Positions 1 to 13,830 of a DNA stretch of 64,000 nt are shown in pieces; positions within the stretch are counted from its first letter, which is position 1; the number at the start of each line of letters is the position of its first letter. A model generated the notes under the pieces. That model saw nothing but the letters and a program-made list of their open reading frames with translations. It was not told where the DNA came from and searched no databases. Source of the stretch: Sminthopsis crassicaudata (Eukaryota); contig NC_133620.1 in assembly GCF_048593235.1 (NCBI RefSeq), positions 344,797,765 to 344,861,764 of the forward strand, given 5' to 3'. The translations under genes were made by a program, and so were the position numbers.

Positions 1-400
1 TCGGGGACAAACCTCTCGCGAGGGCGTTTTCCCCTGACCCACGTGTCCCCAGTTCGCGTCCGGTCCGCAGCGGACGTGGGGCGGTGGCTATTTCTGCGGT
101 CCGGGGTCAGAGGGTAATAGGCGGTCTTTGATACTTGATGAGGCTGAGAGCTAGTTTTTCAAGCGAGACTCTTTCTGCTGGTTCCCTTTATTGATAGAAA
201 TCTCCGAGGTCTCTTCGGGGGATAGGGACAGAGAAGTCCCAGGATGTAGCCGTGGGACGCCAGGTGTGCCTGAAAGGGGACAGCAGCAGTTGCCCCCGTA
301 GGCGCCCATTCACTCTCTCCCACCTCTTTCTCCCGGGACCGCATTCTGGCTGACTGTTGTGGACATTCCCTCCACCTCCCCTCTCGGTGCCGAATTGCTG
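1..400. promoter_or_regulatory. CpG-rich segment about 1.7-2 kb upstream of LSM12; possibly the edge of a divergent promoter (G6PC3 is the head-to-head neighbour in human)
   Basis: Many CpGs in otherwise CpG-poor DNA and an E-box CACGTG near 40-45. No G6PC3 coding sequence is visible, so the assignment rests on synteny only. Confidence 0.3.
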
Positions 401-1939
401 ATCCTATTGGAAGATGGTGCTCCCCATGCCTTCACAGGTCGCCCTGGTGCAGGAACATTGTAGATATTGATTGATCTCTGCTGGAAGACTTCTGGGTTCC
501 AACTCCCTTGTTCTGACTTGGCTTCGGCTCCCCGTAATCCAGAGAATCCAACAGTATTGTTTTTATATGGGTGGGAGGGAGATTGAAACCACGCTCAGTG
601 CCTACCTCTGATATCAACAGTTTGCCAGAATTTGGAGGATTCGAAAAAAGGAATCTAGAAATCGGAAGCAGTCATGTTTTTGGTGAGGTCTAGGCCACAG
701 GGCATGGAGGGGTAGCATAAGGTTAGGGTAACCCCCCAAGGCCGTTTTCTAGCCTGAGACATTTTTGTTCTTGGTTAGGTTTCTTGGGAGAAAAGGAAGA
801 AATGAGCACAAAAAAGTGGACTCCATTCAGTGAAGAAACAGCAAGTTTTCGTAGTGAGACGATTAAAGATAGCTCATTTATGAAGTGGAGTGATAAACTA
901 GTAATTTATATTGTGAAATAATAAAACAGTTAATTCATGTAGTGGGGAAAGGGCTAGAGGTATGCTGACATGGACATGAATGATTAGGATATCTGGTTTC
1001 TAATCTCAGGAGTAGACACGTTTTGTTGTAACCTCTTAAATTTACCTTCTTTCAGGATGGAGGGAGAATAAAATGAAGTAATAGAAAAAGACTACAAAAG
1101 ATGCTTTATATAATCAGCATAATTTTTTATTTTGCCAAGGTGCTGCAGAAGGCAGGGGTTTATGCCCATTGCTTGGCAAAAGGAATGCTTTCCCTTCCTT
1201 TTTCCATATTGAGGGCCCTATCATATCCTTTATTGACTACGATCCAAATGAGCTTAACAGAGGCAAATCCATTCCTCTAACCCAGACGGGGTCTCTAGGA
1301 TTTTTGCTCTTTGACCTAGGATTAGACCAGCACAAGATAGGCGTTTTAGATTGAGGCCTAATGTCAAAATTTGTAGAAAGTGACAGGAAATGACTGTCAC
1401 CATGATCTTGATCCAATTAACTTACAGCTAAATAAATTCAACAGCTACTAGGTCCTACCCATAAAGAGCTAAAAAAGTAAAATCTTATTATCAAGGAATT
1501 CATTAATTTAAATTGGACTATTTCAACCTTTAGCCCCTTTTGTCTGCTCCCTATCCCTTTGTATTTCCTCTTTCACTTTGTGAAAGGAGAGCAAATGTGT
1601 GCAGTAAAATTTGTTTTGGGGGAAGCTTAAATAATTGAGTCTCAGATTGCAATTTCTTTGGGAACCCCTCCCCCCAAAAAACAAAACCCAAAAGAAGTCC
1701 TCAAAACTATATAAAGCTGAACGGAACTGGAAGATCTAGTTTAAATTTAGACAAGTTGTGTGTTAGCGGGGAGGAAGAGTGGAGAGATGGATGAAAACTG
1801 TCAGCTCAGAGTAGAGGGTCACTTAGAGCCGGACCCCTCTCCTGGATTTTCACCTCATTTTCCTTCGGCCAAGCTTTTGATCTCTGACTCCCTAATCCAT
1901 TCTAGTCCCAAGGTAGAAACCTTCCTTCTCCTTTCTCCT

Positions 1940-4252
<2,313 letters not shown>

Positions 4253-5466
4253 TAACACAATGGTGGGAAGGGCTGGATCTTAGACTATTTGAGTGACTTT
4301 TGTCTTTGAAATCTTGTCAGCTGAATTTATTTCATTAACACATTGTCCCTTGTATTCATTCATGCCTCTTTCCTTTTCTAAGAGGCTTATTTTTGCTCTG
4401 AATTCCTGAATGCTATTAAGGGAAAAATCTCTCCTCAAAGAGGGTTGGTATTGCAATTTCTTTTCTTGCCTGAAAAGTTAAAAGTTACTGAATCTATTAT
4501 CCGGTGTCCCTATAATCTGAGAAGACCTTCCTTTGTTTTCTTCCAATAAATTTTCAACCTATTTCATGGAGAGATAGTATGGATTCCCCTGCTACAGAGT
4601 TTTTAGGACAGGGTGTCAGCTCCTGATGGGTTCTTGGAGGCAGGAGGACTGATGAGGTGACTTCCTGAAGGGGAGGAACAGCTGGTATCTCTCTGTCACA
4701 TCAAAGGCCTTTAGGGTAAGGTAGTCACATAAGAGCTACTGAATCCCATTTGTATAATAGGTACTTTGGGAGGTACAAAGACACAATAGAATCTTGTCCT
4801 CATTGAGCTTCTAGCTCATGGAACTGGTGGGACCAGGTTTATATTTAGTATAAAATAGAAGATTGCATTCATGTAACTGAGGAATTAGCATTGTCCTATT
4901 TGGCCTCCCAGGCCAAGAACAATGCACAGAAACCCAGATTAAGGCTTGGCATGAGGAAAAAAAAATCTGTAAGAATTGGACTATCCATAGTGGGAATGGG
5001 CAGTCTTGGGAGATAGTGGCTTCCCTTCCCCTGGAGAGGTATTCTTGATTAGGTATGGTTTGTATTAAATGATTTCCGAACTTCTCTTAACCCTGAGCTG
5101 CTAGTATTTTTGTCATGACCTGCATTCGGGGCACAACAAACATTAGTGTATCTCCAAGTACATTAGCTTCAAAATGTATTTGACTGAGTGGTGTTATGTC
5201 AAGTTTCATATTTTTTCTTTCTTTAAAGACGAAATCATCTTCCAATGAGCCATATGAGAATATATATATATAGGGTAGTGGGTATCCTTCTCCTTGTTCT
5301 AATCAAAGCAAAAAAGGGGAAGTATAGATTTTTCAGGGGTACAATTTAAATCAGGTTGTTGGGCTGAGTTGCTTATGAAAGGGCATTAACACTGTAGCAC
5401 CTTTGCCCTTGTCTTCAAGGTGACTGATTCATATCAGAATCCCTTACGTTGATCCTGGGGGCTCTT

Positions 5467-5500
<34 letters not shown>

Positions 5501-6420
5501 AAAAAGTTGAGTGATTTTTCTTTGCCTAGAAAGGACTTAAGATTAATGACTGGGACCATTGGTATACACATAAAGGAACACTAGTGTCCAAATTTTTGCT
5601 GTATTTAAGCCTGAGTGCAGGGGCCTGACTATTCAGGATACTATGCATTACTTGATTTAAGTAAATGGCTCAGGGTTGTCTCTTTTAGTATTCTTATTGG
5701 TTAATCAAGGTCTTATTTATGGCTGCTGGAAGTCTTTTTTCAGATTTAGATGTCTATTTAAAAACCATTCAAAACCTATCCCTAATCTACTTTTCCAGTC
5801 ATAAATATATTATTCCTTTTCATGTACTGGCCTTCTTGGCTGATCCTTATAGAACTTTCCCATACATGCTTTGCACAGACTGTTCCTCATCACTGAAATG
5901 TACTCCCTTCTCACCTCTGCCTCTTAGAATCTCTAATTTCTTTTAAATATTAGTTTAAGGTCTATCTTTTAGCATGGGAGTTGTTGGGGACAAAATAAAA
6001 TAATTAAGTTTTTTGGCTTGTGTGATAAGCTTAGTTTTTCACATCTTTTAAAAAAAACTTTTAAATATGCATTCTATTTTTTCAGTCACTTGTTTTATGT
6101 GATTTGATAATTTTTTTGTCAAATTTTTAGATTTAATTCTTCATCACTATACTTTTATCACATTGGATATTTAAACATATTTGAGGAAATAGTCCATTTT
6201 TCCAAGTCTAACCTTGATGATAACTCAGTTTAAAATGAGTAATTTCCTTTTTTGTAGATATCTCTTATATTTCTTTTGTGTTATGTAGCATGATGTAAAG
6301 TTGTATTGCCATATTCTATTTATGAATTTCTGTAATTTTAGGTAGTTCAGCTCTTCAGTGTATCAGTACATTTATCAAAGTATATCCTCCCCTCAATGGA
6401 GATAAGACTTTAAGGCCCAA

Positions 6421-6451
<31 letters not shown>

Positions 6452-6554
6452 CTCTAAAACATTTTGGGGGGAGGTAGTCAGAGTCTAAACAAGATGCCAA
6501 GATCTCACATACTTAACCTGGATTCTTAGTGACTGGTTTTGTATAATCTTGATT

Positions 6555-7018
6555 GAAAATGTTAGTCATCAGTAAAAACTACATTTTTCTAGTCTTCAGT
6601 ACTCTAGTCTTTATGTTGTCTTGCCCATGACTAGCATTTTTTCTTCATTGCAAGTTAGTTGTTTTATGCTGGTCGTCGTCTTTTTCTTGATTTTAAGAAG
6701 TCTATATACTTCACTACAGAGGAATCAATAATAAAAAACCAGGTACCTCTGAAAGTCTTTGATTGTTTGCTGAACATTAATTTGGCTAGTTTACAGGAAT
6801 AGTTAGCAACTTCTGGGCATCATTTTTTTGTTTTCAGCCACACTTTGAAAAGCACTTTTGTGCTTTGGTGGGACTGAGCTTGTTTCATTATGGGCTTGAA
6901 TGATCTTTGAAATTCTTGATTGCCTTACACCAAGAGCTGCTGCAATATTTCTCATAGTCATTGAAGTGAGCTCTTTAAGAGCAATGACTTTTGTAGGTTT
7001 TCTTGGAGTAATATCCGT
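6555..7018 (-). mobile_element. Tc1/mariner-family (Tc1-like) transposase fossil: N-terminal HTH domain through the first catalytic Asp
   Basis: Manual translation across stops and frameshifts: (T)DITPRKPTKVIALKELTSMTMRNIAAALGVRQSRISKIIQAHNETSSVPPKHK..KCG*KQK..PRS..INVQQTIKDFQRYL..RKRRRPA..MKKKC*SWARQHKD*STED*KNVVFTDD*HF. This follows the Tc1 pattern DITPRKR...KCGRKRKTTPR...WAK...W..EDW..V.FSDE.HF. Confidence 0.85.
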
Positions 7019-7357
7019 TCTTAAAAACTACAGAATAAAAGAGCAATGAAACAACGTGCAAGAGATCCAGCACTCCACTGACAGAGAACTAAAGATGGGG
7101 AAACCAGCCCAATCCGGGTTCATCTGGTCAAGGTCAGCCATTCTGAGTCAGCCTACTGTCAGTAGAAGCACAGACAAATGACCATTACTGTCACAAAATG
7201 AAAGCATACCAAAATCATTCCTTGTCTCAAGCATTTCTCATGCCACACTATACATGAAGCTCCTTTGCTGAGCCTGTCCACCCAGCTGCCTAATATCTTT
7301 CCCTTGATTACCTTTTATTTATTTATTTTGTATATACTTACATTTATACTTACTATT

Positions 7358-7488
7358 CCCCCCCCCCCCTGAGGCTGAGGTTAAGTGACTTGCTCAGGGT
7401 CATACAGCTAGGAAGTGTGCAGATTTGAACTCGGGTCCTCCTGAATTCAGGGATGGTGCTCTATCCACTGTGCCACCTAGCTGCCCCC
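7358..7488 (-). mobile_element. WSINE1-type tRNA-derived SINE with a G-run tail
   Basis: Reverse complement reads GGGGCAGCTAGGTGGCACAGTGGATAGAGCACC...GAGTTCAAATC...AAGTCACTTAACC; C12 run at 7358-7369. Confidence 0.85.
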
Positions 7489-7519
7489 TATATATATATT
7501 ATTTCTACTAATGTAAGTT

Positions 7520-7615
7520 TTATAAGGACAGAAACTAATTTTCATTTTTGTATCTCCAGTTCCTAGCATAGTACCTGGCACACAGTAGTAGATGCTTAAT
7601 AAGTGGTTGCTTGAT
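7520..7615 (+). mobile_element. LINE-2 3' end fragment
   Basis: TTTGTATCTCCAGTTCCTAGCATAGTACCTGGCACACAGTAG...GCTTAATAAG, the typical L2 terminus. Confidence 0.65.
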
Positions 7616-7624
7616 TGTATCCTT

Positions 7625-7810
7625 GGTAAAATAGCTAGTATTTTATCATACTTTCAGGTTTGCAAAGCTTTGGTTTACATATGTTAACTCATTTGATTCT
7701 CATAACAGCCCTTGGAGATAGGTACAGATGAGGAAACTGAGGCTGAGAAAACAAAGTATCTGAGCAAACATTTGAATTCAGATCTTCCTGATGCCACAGT
7801 ACAACAATAT
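7625..7810 (-). mobile_element. MIR/CORE-SINE fragment
   Basis: CORE motif ACAGATGAGGAAACTGAGGC with flanking CATTTGATTCTCATAACAGCCCT. Confidence 0.65.
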
Positions 7811-9703
7811 CCAATGTTCCACCTAACTGCTTCAATGTAAAATTAGCTTTGTTATAATAGATCATATATTTCACATTACTTTAAAATTCCATTTGAGTGT
7901 AAATTCTTAGTGCTACCAAATTACTTATTTGATCCATTAGTTGGCCAAATCAGTAAGCAAGCATGTACTAAATACCTACTGTGTGCTTGATGCTGTGCCA
8001 GTTTCTGGGCATCAGAATACTAAGAACAAAACAATTCCTATTCACTAGGAGTGTAAGAAAACAAGAACACATATAATAGAGAATAAGTAAAAGTAGAGTT
8101 AGTAATTAGATAAAAGACATTTTTGAGAGACAGGGTCTTAGCAGTTGAAGAAATCAGGAAAGTCTTCACAAGGAAGGTGGTGCTTGAGCTGCTTCCTGAA
8201 GGAAAAAGGAAGACAAAAGTGAGAAGGGAATGAATTCCATAATCAAAGCTAATTTATTTAACAGATGTTGGAAATGCCAAGTTAACACAGTGTTTAAATT
8301 CTTTCTAAGTCACTTGGATTATTAATGTCAAGATATAGTAAGATGTGTCTTGCTATTTTTTAGGATGTGTGGGAAACTCCATCAGCAATTAAGGGAGCAA
8401 AGAAGTTCTTAGGCCCTTGAAATAGTATATGGTAATTGACATAATTTCCCAGAGGTGACATGGACTTGAAACCTTGCCTTACCAAAATGGTATAAGGGTT
8501 TGCAAATCAGAAAGGTCTCAAATTTCAGTTCCAAGCCACTGTTGCATAGAATCAGTTGCATGTATTTATGAAATGTTTCATTTAACAACTCTGAGCTCCC
8601 CATTGTTGGGGCTCAGTGTCTCCCACTGAAGTCACCAGTTAAGGGAATCCTTGGACTATTCTTTTTCTACTTGCATAGTTCATGATATTTGACAGACCCA
8701 AATAAGGTTTAGAGAGCATACCTTTCTCATGATTTCTGTGATCTTTTTAAAGAGGTTTGAAGAGACATTCTCCATATTTGTAGTGTGTATTAAAGGAGAG
8801 TGTATTTATTAGAAATAGATGTTTTCAAACTTATTTTGACTAGATTGGCAAATGTGTACTGCCAGGGGAAGTCCCTCAAAGTTATTTGTACTAAAATATC
8901 TGTTATTCAGGGGTCAGTTGTTATGCAGGTTTGCAGATTGTTAGTGTGTCTGTAGGTTCTGCTGTTCATGTTTTGGACTTTTTACATTTTACATCCGCTT
9001 CCTAGAGTGAGGAGAATAACAATCCCCAAAAGCCCATTACGCATTTCTGATATCTCAAACTTATGACTAAAATGAAGTTGGAAAATTCTTTGGGATTGGT
9101 CTTAGGGGTTCTTTACATTGTCATGTGCCAGAAATTATTTTAGATTTCCCCCTTCCTAGAAGCAAGTTACTTTGAAATTTTCCTTTATTTGAGTTAGAAT
9201 GGTACAATACAGCTAGGGTTTCCAAGCATCTGATGAAGTTAGCATAATTTTTTTATGGTTAGTTAACTTGGGATCCTCTTTAGTGGAGAAACAGAACAGG
9301 AGAGTGTATAAGTAATGTTTAAATACTCTAAGGTGCGTGAAAGAAAGATGTTGGCAAACAGTATTGTGTTGATATTGTCTTTCAGCCTTTCTAGTAGTGG
9401 AAGATATAGTCACATTTTGGCTGATCTTGCTGGCATTGTAACTATTCTGCTTAATTAAACCCTTTGTTGTCATAAATGAGATCGTTGTTAATTGTAGACC
9501 ATCAGAAAATGGAGAAGCATTTTAAAAGAAACATTTAGTAACTTAATTATTTTTTCTACTCCCTGAGAAAGTATTTACCTGAAATCTTTTAGGGGTGGGT
9601 TAAATCTTTTTAGGATGGTATTTTTATTGTTTTGGAAAATGATGCCATCCATTCTCAGTAATGGGAAGGAGAAATCAGGAGGGAATGGAAGAGGGGAAGA
9701 GAG

Positions 9704-9737
<34 letters not shown>

Positions 9738-12306
9738 CTTTTCTAGACAGATGATTATCAACATTATTAATTATGTTATAAATTTTCTAAATATAAGACG
9801 TGATTATTCAAATGAAAATCTGAAAGCATTTCAAAAACAGTCATTTGGATCTTGGATTTTTACAATATTCTACTCTGGTGTTCAGCTCCCTTAGTGCATA
9901 TAAGCAAGGACTGACTTAAAAGAAAGTTGATAGAACACTTAAAAATCACGATTGAGCCATTTCTGATTTTGGGATTAGAGTAGGGAGCAGGTAATAACGT
10001 CACTTTTATTGGAATTTATTATGGATTGTCCATAAGTCTTTTGTTTTAATTAATCCATGTCTCTTTTTTAGTGTTAAGGAAATGTTTGAGTTTGTTTAAG
10101 GTGTGGTGCTGGGTGCTTTTTGGTAGATAATATATGACAAGCCCTTTTTCCCTGGCAGGAAGAAGTTATAATCAAGTAGAGTAAATTAAACAAAGTGCTA
10201 CAAAACCTAATAGTTTTTAAGTAGGGATGGGGGATAGAGGCAAGTATTAAGTATAGGATTTATACAATATATTTGCCTTAAACTAAATGTGATTTGCTAA
10301 ATAATACTTCTTAGAGAAAACAGGAAATATTGATAGCAGCATTTTGGCAGGTATTTTAGAGGCTTTTTCCTTGAATGTTATTACCCATGCTATCCTAGGT
10401 TTCATAATAAATCTAGTATGTGGTGAATTGCCAGTGTATCATGGTAATATTGACTATTCATCACAATCTTGGATATCAAAATAAACTTAAATTTCAGGAT
10501 CATGTTATTAATATATTAAGTATTTACTAGGTATTAGATACTAAACTCTTACTTAAAAAAAAAAAAAAGAAGAGATGGTTCTTTTACCACCTGGTAAAGA
10601 GAAGAATCAATCAAAAAACATTTCTAAAGCATCTTTGTGCCAGGCTCTGAGGATACAAAGACATAAATGAAACAGTCACAGAACTTCAGGTCTACTGGAA
10701 AAGTAATATGTATATAGATAAGTATATACAAAGTAAATACAAGCTAACGTGAGGTGTTAGGCACTAGCAGAGTATTAGAGACTGCATGTAAGAATTTGAA
10801 TTGAGTTTTGAAAGAAGCTAGAGGTTTTAAAATGTGGAAATGATAAGAGTGCTTTCCAGTAGTGGAAGATAGTCTGTATGCAATGCTATAGAATAGGAGG
10901 TACAGCATTGTGTGTAAGGAATACCAAAAAGCCTACTTTGGCCAGGAGGAAAGACAGTTGGAAGGGAGTAATGTGTAACAAGCCTGGTAAAGTACAAAGA
11001 TGAGATTCCCTGAATGTTAGAAGTTAAAAGGGACTTTAGCGATTATCTAGTTGAACCCTCCCATTTTAGTATACCGTCACCTGTTTAAATAAGTATATTC
11101 TATACATTTGGAACAGGGATGACTGTAAACCAGTTTTCTAAGTTAGAGAAAACTTGAAGAATGGAAGGGGATTTGGAAAGTTAAATTTAGATTAGTTGTG
11201 GGGAAACAGACCAAAAATCTCTAAATAATCTAAAAACTTTAAGCAAGGGTTTCATTCTTCTCTTTGATATATTTTAATAGGATTCTAGTAAGCAATTTAC
11301 TTGATTCTGTTCCTCTTAGTTCCCTTTAGTCATTTGATTGCATATATCCACGCAAGTGAGGAGACAATGCAAAAAATGTAGTTGGCCATTTCTTAGAAAA
11401 GATTCAACCTTAGTTGGCATAGAAAATGAAAGAAATTTTATTTTTGAAAGGCGCTAAGTTTTATATTCGTCTCTGATTCTGAGATTTGGTCACATTTAGG
11501 AAAGAAGTTGGTTTTAATTGAAGATTACTACTTTCAAAATTTAAACAGATGGGAGAATAAAAATAATCTTAGTCCATTTTTGATGTTTATAGATTTGAGT
11601 GTGTTCCTAAAGTTGAAGTTTCTCTAGCTATTGAATTTTGATAAGTAATGAATGTCCATTGAGCTCTATTTCAGTGAAGTCACTATGAGGCACATGAACA
11701 TCCCAATATTTTTTGACCACCCATCCCTGGAACTGTGTCCGTGTTATGAAAATGGGATATTTACCATATACACTATATATGTGCATTTGGGAGAGGGTGG
11801 GGAAGAAGGGGAGTTCCAATCTGAATGAGACTTATAATATTATGAAATTTTTTTTTTTTGAAACAAATAGAAATTATAATTTGAATTAGAAATAGAACAA
11901 ATAATTGGAATTAAATTCATCTTCCTACTAAATATTCTAAAAGCTTTTAAGTTAACTTAAAACTAAAAGTTTTAGTTAGTGATGGAGACAATGCACTTGG
12001 GAAGTAATAGCCATGAAAAAAAACTTTGATCCTAAAAGTGGTGCTAGAAGGCTGTAGATAGACATTATTCAGGATCATTTGAAGAACTGATTTGATGATG
12101 GTTGTAATGGGGAAAACCTGGAGGGATAAGGTTGGAAAGAATGAGGGGAAGAGCATAGAAGTCCAAAAGACAATTGGTGATTATGTAGTGGAGGTGCTCA
12201 GAGAGGAGAGAATGAAGTAAAGCCTGTTGACTGGGGTTCTCCTGAAATGGTGATTTTAGAGAAACACAGATCAGGAATAGGATCCCAGGTGACAGTCCTT
12301 CTAGGG

Positions 12307-12513
12307 CATTGCTTCTCAAACTTTTTGGTCTCAGGACTCTTGTATTTAGAATTGAAGAGTAAACCAAAGGATTTTTATGTGGATTATATTGACATTACAT
12401 TAAAAATTAAAATGCTTTTGTATAATTATGAAAATAGTTTTGACTTCACAGACCTCTTGAAAAGGGTTTTGGGGATTTCCAGGATTCCCTGGACTATACT
12501 TTGAGAAACATTA
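12307..12513. mobile_element. hAT-Charlie (Charlie4-like) non-autonomous DNA transposon
   Basis: Ends CATTGCTTCTCAAACTTTTTGGTCTCAGGAC... and ...CTTTGAGAAACATTA form imperfect TIRs; the internal AAAATAGTTTTGACTTCACAGACC resembles Charlie4 as recalled. Confidence 0.65.
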
Positions 12514-12860
12514 CATCCTCTTTGAGGGGGCCAAGAAAGAGGGACTGGAAGATGACTTGGTTTTATATCATATCTTTGATATTGTGTAATCACGGGCAAG
12601 TCATTTAATCTCTTCTAAGCCTTAGTTTTTAGCTTATCTATATTGGAATCATAATACCTGAGTACTTATTGTTGAGGCTAAATGAGAAAATATGTAAAAT
12701 TCTCTGAAAAATGTCCATTGCTAGGAATGAGTCTGAGCTATGCAGCAGTTAAAACCAGGGCTAGGTTGGTCCATTAGCTCTGGAGGCAGTGAAAGGTTTA
12801 TTTCCTGGGTGAAAACAATTAGTCTGCGGGAAGAAACTGGCCTTTAAGATATCCACAGGA

Positions 12861-13007
12861 GGGGCAGCTAGGTGGTGCAGTGGATAGAGCACCAGCCCTG
12901 AATTGAGGAGGACCCAAGTTCAAATGTGGTCTCTGACACTTAACACTTCCTAACTGTGTGACCCTGGGCAAGTCACTTAACCCCAGCCTCAGGGAGGAAA
13001 AAAAAAA
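12861..13007 (+). mobile_element. WSINE1-type SINE with target-site duplication
   Basis: Full-length copy with A-rich tail; AAGATATCCAC at 12846-12856 and 13006-13016; TTT/AAG L1-endonuclease-like site. Confidence 0.9.
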
Positions 13008-13209
13008 GATATCCACTGGCCTGTGTTTCACCAATGGGAGTGGCTGATCACACCTCTGAGCCTAGTTGTAAGGTCATTGGGTTGTCTTTAGAGTTGGGAG
13101 GAACCTTAGGCACCATTTAGTTCAGCTATCTCCTTCTTTATGAGGCAATTTAGCCTCTGTAGAATGAAAGGTCTTCTCCAAAGTCAGACATCTAAGAAAG
13201 CCTTGGAAC

Positions 13210-13830
13210 TGTCCTTTAAGTGTTGGCCCTTTTGAGGAGATTGAGGCCCAGCACCCAGTGATAGGCTTTGGCCATGTGAGACAGTCATAACAGTCTTTCT
13301 CCTTTGCAAAAGATACCCTTTTATGAGAAGAGATAATCTAAGGACCAGGAAGTGGTAAGGATGAAATAGATTTGGGAGACCATGTATTTAGAAAGGAAAG
13401 AGGTTTTAACAATTAATAAGGGAAAAGACAAATTCCCTAGGGGAATCTACAGTTAACTAGGAGAAAAGGAATACTCCCTGAGGTGGGAGCCATTGACTGG
13501 CAGGCTAATAGAGAAGTTTAGTACCCTAAAAGAATTAGCTGTAAGAAGGAGAAAGACACCAAGAGGCCAAACACCAAGGCCAGGCTAACCCAAAAGGAAT
13601 TCAGCAAAGATGCTGTGGGTCATGAGCAGATTTGTAGGGGAACTTTAACCTCATAGGTTTGACATAATTGGTTTCTGATTGGATGCAGTAAGGTGGGGTT
13701 ACCTCATATCTCCACAGGGGATGGAGCATAGAAGTACCCTGGACAGCAGTAAGGAAATTTGAAAAGGGAAGAAGGTTGGGAGGGAAATGAGACCAGTTTA
13801 AAGATTCTGGGCTGAAGAGATGTGAGACAG
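13210..13830 (-). mobile_element. LTR-like / unclassified insertion
   Basis: TG...CA ends at 13210 and 13829 with near-matching 4-mers (GAAC/GATC); tandem CCAAT boxes on the minus strand; internal 11-bp direct repeat ATGTGAGACAG. Confidence 0.35.

Noticed and set aside
749-826. Minus-strand ATG GAG TCC ACT (MEST...), resembling the G6PC3 N-terminus
   Set aside because: Similarity ends after 4 codons and a stop follows after 25 aa. It lies in AT-rich DNA and is a chance match.
9386-9458. LSSSGRYSHILADL..ILLN, resembling LSM12 exon 2 (a possible duplicated or mutually exclusive exon)
   Set aside because: The frame does not fit the phase-1 junction at the nearby AG, there is no U12 branch box, and the similarity is short and low-complexity.
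11330-11355. 26-nt AG...GTGAGG micro-exon candidate in LSM12 intron 2
   Set aside because: Such site pairs are expected by chance in a 21-kb intron, and there is no additional support.
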